The notes under the pieces were generated by a model. It was not told the origin of the DNA. It ran no database searches and was given only the letters and a program-made list of their open reading frames with translations. Source: Vitrella brassicaformis CCMP3155 (lineage: Eukaryota > Protista > Chromerida). Taken from it: DNA of 64,000 bases. The position numbers and the translations under genes are program-made. The stretch spans positions 1 to 64,000 of the forward strand of contig CDMY01000252.1 in assembly GCA_001179505.1 (NCBI GenBank), read 5' to 3'. Numbering within the stretch: the stretch's first letter is position 1; each line of letters opens with the position of its first letter. Shown in pieces: positions 36,533 to 47,878 of this stretch.

Positions 36533-38942
36533 ATGGCAGCGATTGTCGTTTTTCTCTGCTGCATCGCCCTTGCTCTGGCCCTTGCTCATGCCAACGATAT
36601 CGCAAGCAACATCCGCATCGACCCTCGCACCAGGTGAGCTCACCCAATGCTTCCACCAATGGCTCTGTTTCGACTGACGTCATCTCATCTCATCTCATCT
36701 GTCTGTGTGAACAGGTCTTTGGTTGACGCGTATGGCCGTGTGCGGATCTTCCACGGCCTCAACGTGGTCATCAAGAAGACCCCCTGGGTGCCCCGCACCG
36801 ACACCTTTCACAAGCATGACTCGCTCACGGCGGAGGAGATGGATCAGCTGAGGGATTGGGGCTTCAACATGGTCCGACGTAAGTGTGGTGTGGGTGGGAC
36901 GAATGAGCAAAAGAGGAAAAAAGGATCACACGGACGCAGTGGCTGTGTGTGTGTGTGTGTGTATGTATTGTGTCTTAATGCAGTGAATCTGGCGTGGCCT
37001 GGTGTGGAGCCCTACGAGCAGGGCAAGTACAACATGACTTACTTGGAGAGGGAGCGGCAGGTGGTGGACATGTTGGCGGACAGGGGCATCTACACGCTCC
37101 TCGACGCACACCAGGACCTGCTCAGCCCTAACTACTGGTCAGTGAGTGAGAAACAAGCACACACACACACATGCCGGCCATGCTGATCTACCTTACCTGC
37201 ATTGCTTCATGCCTGTGTATGTATGTGTGTGGGTGTCTGTGTGCTTGATGCAGCGGTCACGGCATGCCTCAGTTCTACGTCGACCGCATCGAAACGGAAC
37301 ACTTCGACCATGTGCCACAGTAGGCCGCTCACATCACAAGCTCATGCGCTCTGATCTTCCCATCTTTCCCTGCCTGCCTGCCTGCCTCTCCGTGTGTGTG
37401 TTTGTCTGTCGTGTCAGTTTCCCCATTCCCGTGCCCATCCCCGGTGCCGAGCAGAACGAGAATGCCAACGACACAACGGACCTCACCCTGCCTGGTCATG
37501 CTTTCGAGCTGGCCCACACGTGCAAGAACGTGTTCTTCTTCATGCTATACTTCTCGGCTCGGGTGTCCAAGCTTTTCCAGGCGTTATACGACGACAAGGG
37601 GGGACTGCTGGAGGGGTTCGAGGGCGTCTGGCGCGAGGCGGCGGCCGCCTTCAAAGACGTGCCCTCGGTGCTCGGCTTTGAGCTCATCAACGAGCCGTGG
37701 TATGGCGACTACATCAGCAAACCTGGTACGTACGCAGACGCATGGACAGAGAGCGACAAACGAGCATGTGTGTCATGTGGCTCTAACAGATCTGTTGATG
37801 CTGCCGGGTCGGTCTGAGCGTCAGAACCTGGTGCCCTTCTACAGGCGGCTCGCCAAGGCCATCAGGGAGAGGGACCCTGACCATCTTCTGTTCTTTGGGA
37901 AGGTGCCGGTCAACCTGGTAGACGGGGGCTTCCCCAAGAACCCCCTCCACCTGCCGTCAGACGACCCCGGCAGCGTCTACTCTATCCACCCATACTGCGC
38001 GCCGACAGACAGCCCCGGCGCCATGCCGGCCAGCGTGCAGCGGGGATTCTGCAAGCTTACCGAAGAAATGCACCTGAGTGGGTGACAGAGGGAAAAGGAG
38101 ACAGACCACTGCGGTGTCCATGGTGCGTGTCTTCAGAGTCTGCCGAGCGTGACGTGCACCGGATGGGCGATAATGTGCTGCCGTTTATCACCGAGTTCGG
38201 GGCCGTCGGCTCGTCGGATGAGGCGCTCATGTCCCTCCACCCCCTCCTCTCGTCAGCCGACCACCACATGCTGTCGTGGGCATACTGGAACTACAAGAAC
38301 CCTTGGAGCGAGGAGGGCATCTACGAAGGCCACAACGGCACCCTCCAACTCAACAAGGTCAAATGCCTCAGCCGCACCTACCCCCAGGCCGTCGCGGGGC
38401 AGCTACTTGCCTTCCGGTATGACCCCTCCACCGCTGCCTTCGACATGGTGTTCGTCCCCAACGCGTCCATCTCCGCCCCGACCATCATCTTCGTCAACGA
38501 GGCTTTCCACTACCCATCCGGCTACACAGTGGACGTCACGCCCTCAGATGGGGTGACCATCGAGCGAGAGGACGCCCACCACGTGCTCATTCGGGTCGAG
38601 CGGGCGGAGGGCATGTCAGAGCAGCAGCGCCCTGTGCTGAGGCGGCCGACCCCTGGACCACCATCAGCCTCTGAGCAGGCCGTGCGAGAGGTCATCGAGG
38701 AGGCGGCGGGGTCACAGCAGCAGCAGCAGCAGCAGCAACAGGAGGCGTCGACCCGAGGGCTGCCATGGTTCATGGATGTGTCCAAGCTGTTTGACAGCAT
38801 GATGCGGCTGGTCCTGGGGGGGCACGTGCCCATCGGCGATGATGCTGATGCTGGTGCAGGGGCCGGTGATGAGATCGACCAAGAGATGGCGGAGATGCGC
38901 AAGGTGGACGGGGCGGTGACTGTGAAAGTGAGGCGGAAATGA
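36533..38942 (+). CDS. Secreted glycoside hydrolase family 5, endoglycoceramidase-like, with C-terminal beta-sandwich
   Basis: Signal peptide; DAYGRVRIFHGLNVV, WGFNMVR, WPGVEP, LLDAHQD, GFELINEP (acid/base Glu), HPYC, FITEFG (nucleophile Glu), SWAYW, LSRTYPQAVAG. Confidence 0.9.
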
Positions 38943-40449
38943 GGGAATGAGGGGATGAGGGGTGCGTGCGTGGGGGAGGGAGAGGTGTGGATGGCTGTGG
39001 ATGGACAGGGGGATAGATGGCACGTACAAGACGATCTATCTGTGCATATGTATGTATGTATGTGTGTGTGTGTGTAAAGACAACCAACGCCGCACGAGAG
39101 AGGATGAGCAAGTGCATTTGTTTGTAAGGACAGGAAGAGAGCAAGGGCGGGTCAGAATAGGTCGGTCCGTCGGTCGGTCATGGATGCACGTGTGGGGCCG
39201 CTTCTGCAGGCAGCGGACATACACGTACTTCCGCTCCAAGCCGAAGCCACACCGTGTACCATACCACTATTGTTTTTGATTGACATGTACACTCATCGTG
39301 CGTACGGCTGCTTTTGCGCATCCATCCGTGGGAGGTGTGGTGTGGTGTTGTTTGTCCAAGCTATCTATAGGGGGGCCGGCTGCATGGCATGTACAGATCG
39401 ATACAATGCAAGGAATGCAATGCTCACCCCATCCCATCTCACCCCACCGGCTTTCTTGCCGCATCGCTTCCCACTTACTGACTCACTCTGCTCGTCTGGA
39501 TGCACTCTCGTGCGTGTTGGAAGTGGACAGCACGCGCGAGGGAATGGCCGGCTGTCTACTGTCTTTGTGCATACAATCGAATCAGATGGATGGATGGATG
39601 GATGGCGGGGTTGGTTGCTCGTTCGTTTAGTGAGCTTTCTCTCTCACTCTCAAGCACATCGCTCTCTCTGTGCTTGCTCGCCGCCTCTGGCACTCACTGG
39701 GGCAGCACACAAGTTCCTGACTCAGCCACTTGAGTTGAGAGCATGTTCTGTGTTCTTCTCCACCTGTATGGCCAGGTGATGGATGGATGGATGGCAGCTC
39801 CGCTGGCCGTGGATGGATGCTGCATGTGCATGGCTGGCTGTGTGCAGACAGACCTTCTTGCATGCATGAGGTGTCGGTTGGATTCGACAGCTGATTGATT
39901 TGCCACAGCGTTCAAAACGCTTCGAGCTGCCACACACACAAGTGCGCTCATCCATCCATCTGCCGCTTGAGATGTAATGTAAGGTGGGCCTATGATTCGA
40001 GCTCTCGTGTGGCGTAGATACTTACGTCTCAACCGATCGATGACGGCTCTGCCATGGCCACAGATATGTACACCACTCGTCCATTCAGGTCAGATGCAGC
40101 TGCTGTCTTTCATATGCACATCAAATCTGCACCACGGCAGCTCCAAAAGCTCTCTTGAGGTATCACCACACAGATAGATGCAGCATTTCTCCATTTCTCC
40201 ATCGAATGCACCCATTTTCGACGATACAATCAGCCGAATTTTTGAACCTCGCTCTCATAGTGTCGCCTTCATCAAGCAGTGCCTGCGCTCCCGCGATGTT
40301 GGCAGCCGCTGACCTGATCAGACAGCGGCAAACCTGCATCGCGCGCGAGTACTTCACTTGACGAAGGACGAATACACGAGAGCGGCACGCTTGCCAGCAC
40401 ACCAAGCGCGAAAGCCCAAGTCAGCCATCCATCTAGCCCAGAGCATTAG

Positions 40450-41622
40450 CTAGTAAGTCAGCTCTTGGCCGTCCCACTGCAGGAACCTCCCGTTGTCCTC
40501 TCTGCCAGCCTCCTCCACTATCTTGGCTATTCCAGCAGCGCTCTCGTCGACGGGCAGTAGCGGCTCCAGCGGCGCACCCCCTGCTCGACCCATCTCGGTG
40601 TCGGCCGTGCCAGGATGCACAGAAATGAATGTGATGCCGTCGGTGTCATTCTTGGACTCCTCTAGCGCGAAATTCTTGACCAGCATGTTGGCCGCAGCTG
40701 CACCCATGCACGGACACGCAGACACCACCGACAGATGGGATTCGTTGAATTTTCATGTCGTGTGTCTGAGGGCGAAGCGCACCTTTGGAGCATCGGTAGC
40801 TGGTGATGGAACCCCTTCGGTGCATCGACAATGAGCCGGCGCGCGAGGAGATGACGACCACCAGCCGCCTGGATGACCGCCGCAGTAGGGGTGTGAATGT
40901 CTGGATGCAGTCGAGCACACCGCACACATTGACGTCGAACACGTGCAGCATGGCCGCACGGTCACAGGTCTGGGGGGGATCGCCGTGGACAGTGACGCCT
41001 GACGCACACACAAAGACAAACACGGGGACAGCGGAACAAGCATGCAGCGATGGCCGGACAGACAGCCTCCATGGTGTGTGTGTACCGGCATTGCAGATCA
41101 GGCAGTCGATTGTGTCGATGCCGTCCCTCTCCATGCTCGCCCTGGCAGCGGCAATCGACTCTGAGCTGCCGACGTCAAGCTGCATCCAACACACAACAAA
41201 CAGGTCACCCACATGGACACATAGTGCCGTGATCGGCCTGTTACCGGGTAGACGATGACCCGCCCCTTGCTGCCGTCCTGCGTGCTATTCGTCTTGCATG
41301 AGTCGGCGACCGCCTTGAGCTCCGTCGCACCCTGTGGATCTCGGCATGTGGCGACGATGGTGTGGCCTTTTGATATCAAATGCTTCGTCAGAGCCAGGCC
41401 GATTCCTCGAGAGCAGCCACTTATCAAGATCGTCTGCGTCTGCATCTTTGCTGTCTGCACGTCGGCTGCATCTGGATCTGTTGCAGCAGCTGCTCCAGCG
41501 GCGGCTGCCTTGCAGGCCGGGCGCTTCGCTGACCTCAGCAATGGCGCAGGTGCTGTCTGCGGCCTCAGCTGAATGAAGGCGCTCGCGAGAGAGATGCAGG
41601 TAGGCAGCAGCCACCACCGCAT
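40450..41622 (-). CDS. Short-chain dehydrogenase/reductase (CsgA/C-factor-like) with a bipartite plastid-targeting leader, 4 exons
   Basis: MRWWLLPTCISLASA|FIQLRPQTAPAPLLRSAKRP leader; ISGCSRGIG, CNAG, ISSRAGS, YRCSK, SVHPGTADTEMG, FLQWDGQEL. Confidence 0.9.
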
Positions 41623-43410
41623 TCACACTCCCCATTGAGCTTAGCTCGCAGACGTTTTCGAGCACCGAACCGCTTCTTTTCGCAAATCATGCAGACACTG
41701 CTGGTCACGGGGGCGTCAAGAGGCATCGGCCTGGCTCTGACGAAGCATTTTGTGTTCATGGGCCACACGGTGATTGCCACATGCCGAGATCCGCAGGGCG
41801 CCAAGGAGCTCAAGGCGCTCGCATCCGGCACAGCTGACACGCAGAACGGCATCAAGGGAAAGGTCACTGTTCACCAGGTGGGCAGGAAGACACCAAAAGA
41901 CCCCGGCGAGATCTCCATTTGCTGCACATGTGTGTGGTTGTGGGTCTGCAGCTGGATGTGTCCGTGTGTTTGTCGCAGGCCAGCAGGGCGTCGGTGACGC
42001 CTGTGCAGAAGGCATATATTGTGTCGTTGCAGGTCTGGAGGCGTCCAAGTCCTTCGAGCCGCCCGCAGCGCTCATCCAGACCATCACACACGCAGCAAAT
42101 GTCGTACCACCAAGAGAGACTCGAGATGCCCGCACGCAAGTATGGAGTTTTCGGCCGGCAGGTGTATGAGCCTGACTACTCGAGTCGGCTGGGTGAGGGC
42201 GACTATGACTTCCGATCGAGCCATGGCAGACAGACGGTCGATGCATTCCTTTGTTATCTGGCGGACACTTCTATGTCGATGTTTGCCATCTGTCGATGTT
42301 TGCCTGATGTGTCAGGTCTAGTGACTCACAGAGAATACATGTGTACATATGACACAAACACGATCGATTGTCTGTACACAATGCATGTGCGACACACTCA
42401 CAGAGAGAGCCGCTGATTGTGTCACACACACTCAGAGAGCACTGACTCACTGCCGCAATCACAGACAAGAGAGAATCAGCAAGTAAGCGCGAGACCCGTC
42501 CGGTGCTGTATAGAGGTCGCAGCCGTCCCCTGGACCTCCTCCACCATTCATGCATCTTTTCCGCCTCTCTTCCGCCTTCTCAGCACTCTGTTCTCGCTTT
42601 CCCTCTTCTCGTTCTCTGCTACCTGCACTCTCTGTGTCTCATGACTGGACTCACACACTCCGCCACAGTGGGCACAACAACACCAGCGTCCTTCTGCTCG
42701 GCGCAGGTGTGTGTGTTGCTGCGTTTGCGTCGGGTGACGCGCGTCCTTCTGCTCAGTGTGACTCGGTATGTGTGACTGAGGGGAGGAAGAGTGGACATAC
42801 ACTGTCAGTGTCACTGTGGCTGTGTGTATGTCTGTGTTGTCTCACTCTCAGGTGCCCTGTTTGTGTGACCAGACCCAAGTGAGCGTCAACTCTACCTTGG
42901 GCAACAATGAGGTCCACCACACACACACACTCACACACACATACACTCAACTGACATGTCTCTTGCAGGACATCACTTGTTCACTGTGTCTCTCTTCATT
43001 GCTTGTCAGTTTGTGTTCCTGCCGGAGTGTGACACCGTACGCACCAACCTGCTCAAGAGAGCTCAGCGCCTCACAACTCACCACAAGCACATCGAGGCAC
43101 CCGACGTGAGATAACTGGAGCTCGCGCCTGAGGAGACACACAACTCACGTCGGGTGTGTTGTGTGTGTTTGTGTCTCCTCAGGCGCGAGTCCGTTCTGAG
43201 GGTATCAGTGCTCATCATGCCCACACCAGAGCATGGCAGGCGGAGTCGGGCTTGACAGACCGCACCATCACTACATGCGCCAAGTCGTCCGTGTGTGCAA
43301 CCGACCGACTCGTCGCCAACCAAGCGCTCAGCTCCCGCTCGGTCGGTGATCCACTCGTGTGTTGGTTGGCATGGCATCAACACATGTGTTGTGTGTTTCT
43401 TTTTCTGCAG

Positions 43411-44711
43411 GTGTTTGATGCGTGGATTGTCAAGACGACCAAGCGCACCGACTCATCCAAGGCCGCACAGCCCAACCCCAAGTCGGTGTCCCACAAGGCC
43501 ATCCAGAAGCGTCAGAGAGCAGCAGCAGCAGCAGCCCCCCAGGCCACAGCTGCAGCAGCAGCAGCGGCGTCTGAGGAGAAGGATGATGACCAGCCCATGG
43601 CCGTTGACCCACCAGCAGCAGCAGCAGCGGCAGCATCCAAGTCACCGCTGCAGCTGGCATTGGAGCAGACGCAGTCCGACGGCCGTGTCATCCGCCGCAC
43701 GAATGACAACGAGGCCGTGGCCCTACCCGGTATGGCCAGATCAGCCACACCGGGATGTATGTGTACTGTGTGGATGGGTGTTGTGTGCAGCATGGGTGGA
43801 GCTCGACCCACTGTTCCATCCGCAGGCCACCCGGTGGGAAGACGACGCCTCTGAGGAGGACGACGCGGCACCACACCTGCCCGCAGAGCAGGGCGGCAGG
43901 CGGGTCCCCGACGATCGCACTCAGTCGGAGTTCCGCGCCTGGGGGAAGCACCTCTGCACCCGCGTACGACGAGTGGGCAGCACGGCTCAGCAGCCGCACT
44001 ACTTCTGCACAGTCGCTGAGGTGAGCGATGTTGTGGGGCGCGGGGGGGGGGGGGGCGNNNNNNNNNNNNNNNNNNNNNNNNNNNNNNNNNNNNNNNNNNN
44101 NNNNNNNNNNNNNNNNNNNNNNNNNNNNNNNNNNNNNNNNNNNNNNNNNNNNNNNNNNNNNNNNNNNNNNNNNNNNNNNNNNNNNNNNNNNNNNNNNNNN
44201 NNNNNNNNNNNNNNNNNNNNNNNNNNNNNNNNNNNNNNNNNNNNNNNNNNNNNNNNNNNNNNNNNNNNNNNNNNNNNNNNNNNNNNNNNNNNNNNNNNNN
44301 NNNNNNNNNNNNNNNNNNNNNNNNNNNNNNNNNNNNNNNNNNNNNNNNNNNNNNNNNTTGGGGGGGGGGGGGGGGGGGGGGGCGTGTGTCCGTCTGACTG
44401 CTTCTGTCTATGTGTGTGTGCTCCAGGTGGATGATCTCTGGTCGGATTTCGAGGTCTTGCGCACATGGTCTCTGGTCCGCAAGCACCCTGACCTTGTGCG
44501 CAAGGCCTTCAAAGACCCGATCGACAACAACACACAATCCGCATTCCTCAAGGCGGTCGGGGCGGTGATGGGGTATACCCAGGTGCATCGTCTCCGCCAC
44601 GGCTACTCGTGGAACATAGGGACGACGTGCGCCAACACCAACGATGCCACCGGCAGGTATGTGAACCCCTCCCCCTCCCCTCATCCAATCCCTCACACAC
44701 ACACCTCTCTC

Positions 44712-44743
<32 letters not shown>

Positions 44744-46620
44744 ATGTCTGTGTGTCTCAGGCTGGGGGTCTACGCCAATCTCGCCATACGCATCTCGGTG
44801 GCCTACTACAGCCCCGACCACATGCGCAACCTCCACATCAACGACTGGCTGGACGCAATGCGCGCGATACCCTTCATTGCCGCCGTCGGCAATGCGCGCG
44901 GCGACCTCAAGAAAGCCCTCAACATTGGCGTCAAGGCCTACAACGAGCTGGCGACCCGACAGGCCAACATAGACGCCATCTATCGTCACGAGTACAACGA
45001 GACGCGTCGCGCCGCCATGGGTGGGTGGACAAGACAGAGAGCAACACACACAGACGGCGCCACACACACAAGCCCATCACACGTTCTGATGTGTGGCAGG
45101 TGGATTTCGTTTGTCGCGCAGTGAGACCGACCCGTTCACCGCCGCGCACGTGACGCCGAACGCCACTCAAGCGATCTCGATGGTACGTGTGCCGTATCGC
45201 AATCATATCGCAGCATTCGCATCTCAGTCTATGTGTCCGTGTCTATGTGTCTAAGGGTGGTTTCGAGCTGCTGGCGAGTGGGCATCTGTGGCGCGAGTGG
45301 AGCGCAGACCCGTTCTTTGTTGAGCGGTTCGACACGTCCAAGGCCCGCGGCGCATGTCAGCCACGACACACACACACGAAAGGGAGATGAGCGGACTTCT
45401 GTGTCTGGTGTGTCCCTTTATCAGCCAAGTGTCAGTTGTTCCGCAAACTGACTCTCGAGTTCATCAAGTCAGTGCCCAACGCAGACCTCCACAAATCAAT
45501 GAGAGAGGTATGACTGAGATGCGCATCAGACTGACATCCATCAGCCTGACTGTAATTGTGGTGTGTGTGTGAATTGTTGGTGTCAGATTCTCGGTGGAGC
45601 CCCACTCCGCGACGTCGTCAGGCGCACAAGTCATCCAAAGTTCGTGGGCCGTGTTGAGGCCATCTCCAACCTCAGATTCGTCGAGCCACAACAGGCAAGC
45701 TGGACTGAATGGGAGACACAGATGTGTTCTGAATCTGTGGCGCTGTCACGTTCCTGCAGCATCTCTCGTTCTCAACGACGCGGCACTTCCTGCCGAGTGG
45801 CATCCCCCGCATCTACAACAGCGAACTCCGCTTCACCACAACCATCTTCAACTATGGTAAGCCACACAGCAGCGAGCATGGGCATTGAGGACTTTGCTGT
45901 CTGGGGTTTGCAGGTCATGAGGAGGCGTTGACAGTCATGTTGGCGCGCATCGAGAGCCTGACAAGCAAAGGCCTCATCGATGCCACGCCGGTGAGGCAAT
46001 CACACACTGGAGACATTGGTGATGCCTAAGGATGATGCACATTGTCTCCTGTCAGTTCAATTCCCCGTCGGACTTCCCCCACGCTGCCAAGCTGGACAAG
46101 GACAACCGTGAGGGCAAAAAGACGTGAGCAACACAAGGGTGCGACACGCCAAGCTCTGTGAATGTGTGTGTTTCTGCTGGCGTTATATTTGCAGGTATTG
46201 GGGTGTCTACGTGTCATCGACCACCAAGCCCTTCAAGGTTGGCATCGATTTCCAGTCCATCGCGACTCACACCCGCAGAACGGTACGAGCACATAGACAG
46301 ACAGACAGACAGTGTCTCTCCATCTCTCTGTATCCGCCACACAGGTGGCGGAGATTCGCGCGGCCGTCAGTGAGGCCCTCGGTCGACCTGTGCAGGCGGA
46401 TGCCAAGACCACGTGCGTCAAAATGCCCAAGGCCAAGACATCGAAGCAGGCACTGGCGATCGCAGATGTCACCCTCGCACAGCTCAAACGACAACGTGAG
46501 TGTGTGACGGATATACGCACACGTCATCTCACGATGATCATCTCATGATGTGTTGTTGCAGGCATCTTGTTCGGCAAGTCGGAGGCGGGCATAGCTCACG
46601 TCGCAAGTCTGAGATCCTGA
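43411..46620 (+). CDS. Element-borne multi-exon gene (>=12 exons; 5' exons probably from ~42099) with a tyrosine-recombinase-like motif
   Basis: High-GC3 exons with canonical splice sites; AFLKAVGAVMGYTQVHRLRHGYSWNIG...GRLGVYANLAIRISVAYY across intron ~44657-44760; stop TGA 46618-46620. The recombinase call rests on the motif only. Confidence 0.6.
44058..44357. other. Assembly gap (300 N placeholder) inside the insertion
   Basis: Exactly 300 N flanked by G-runs. Confidence 0.99.
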
Positions 46621-47878
46621 GCAGTGTCGGTGTACGTGTGGATGGCGTGTTGTCTACACGTGTGGACGGTGTGTACATATTCAGACCGTACATAAAGCAT
46701 TCCTGTTGAACAGGTCATCGAGTAGCCTGTGGCCGTCGGGTACACGGATCTGTGTGCGTGGTGCACTTGCACATCGAGGATGTGTTGAGCCGTCAGTCCA
46801 TCAAGGATGCGTTAAAGAGCGTCCAGAAGGAGGGCATCGACACAATCGACTGCCTGATCTGCAATGCAGGTCAACAACACGTCAGCGCACTGTCACTTTC
46901 TTTGCCGCATTCTCACGTGGCAACTGTCTGTGTGTGTGCAGGCATAGCCACTGAGGGTCACCCCAACGACTCGGCACAATCGTGTGACCGAGCGGCCATG
47001 CTGCACGTGTTCGACGTCAATGTGGCCGGCGTGCTCGACTGCATCCAGACCTTCACCCCACTGCTGCGCCGCTCCGACAAGCGTCTGGTGCTGTGCATCT
47101 CGTCGCGCCTCGGCAGCATCGAGCTCAACGACACCGGCAACATCACGGCATACCGCGTGTCGAAGGCCGCTCTCAACATGCTGGTCAAGACGTTCGCTGT
47201 GGATGAGGCCAAGAGGCAGATCTCTGACGGCCTGGCGGTGGTGGCGGTGCATCCCGGCTGGACTGACACGGACATGGGGCGGTCAGGGGACAGGAAGCCC
47301 CCCCTGCCGCTCAACGAGTGTGTGGAGGGCATCGCCAAGCTGATGGCCGAGTGCAGTGCCAAGGACAGTGGCAAGTTTGTGCAGTGGGATGGGCAGGAGC
47401 TGCCATGGTAGAAAGGTTCTGGGCTGGGCTGCTGGGCTGCTTGAGAGTTTTTTTCTGTCTAATTAGAGAAGGGAGGCGCTCTCGTGTGTGTGTTCGTCCT
47501 TCATTCAGTGGCCTTCCAGTTTGCGATCTCGGTTTGCCGGTGTCTGATCAGTTCAGCGGTTGCCAAGATCGCCGAGTGTGGGGCCAGCTTGATGAAGGTG
47601 ACACTATGAGAGCGAGGGAAGGAAGCTGCATCTACGCGTGCACCCGTGTGGTGAGAGCTCAAAGAGCTGCATGTGTGTGATGTGCACTGCAACTCACTGG
47701 ATGGATGCCGTGGCCGACTTGCCAGCATGTGTTGATAGAGGAGCCAGAATGTATGTGTCCATAGAACATGCACGAGGACTGCCAGCACGTGCGCAACTCG
47801 CATGAAGATCTTCCTCCGCGATCAGACGTGGGGGCGTTGGGGGCGGAGGAAGACGCGACTCAGATGTGGGGCCTCGCG

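Larger units (their letters stand above)
41962..46777. mobile_element. ~4.8 kb insertion flanked by 8-bp direct repeats, no TIRs; candidate tyrosine-recombinase (Crypton-like) element
   Basis: GGATGTGT at 41954-41961 and 46778-46785; removing the insert and one repeat restores a gapless SDR exon. It contains a multi-exon gene. Confidence 0.75.
41689..47411 (+). pseudogene. Second SDR paralogue (no leader), exon 2 interrupted by a 4.8 kb insertion
   Basis: Exon 1 41689-41877 (VTGASRGIG); exon 2 starts CTG GAT GTG T at 41952 and resumes at 46778-46786 (DVLSRQSIKDALKSVQKEGIDTIDCLICNA); exon 3 has YRVSK and AVHPGWTDTDMG, stop at 47411. The reconstructed exon 2 is the same length (31 codons + 1 nt) as SDR1 exon 2. 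Confidence 0.85.

Noticed and set aside
42350-42390. acacgatcgattgtctgtacacaatgca resembling SDR exon 2 (TIDCL) inside the insertion
   Set aside because: Under 30 nt with several mismatches and no flanking similarity; could be chance
41962-46777. hAT or MULE DNA transposon interpretation of the insertion
   Set aside because: No terminal inverted repeats at the junctions (only a 7-bp subterminal match) and no DDE motif seen; not fully excluded because of the internal gap
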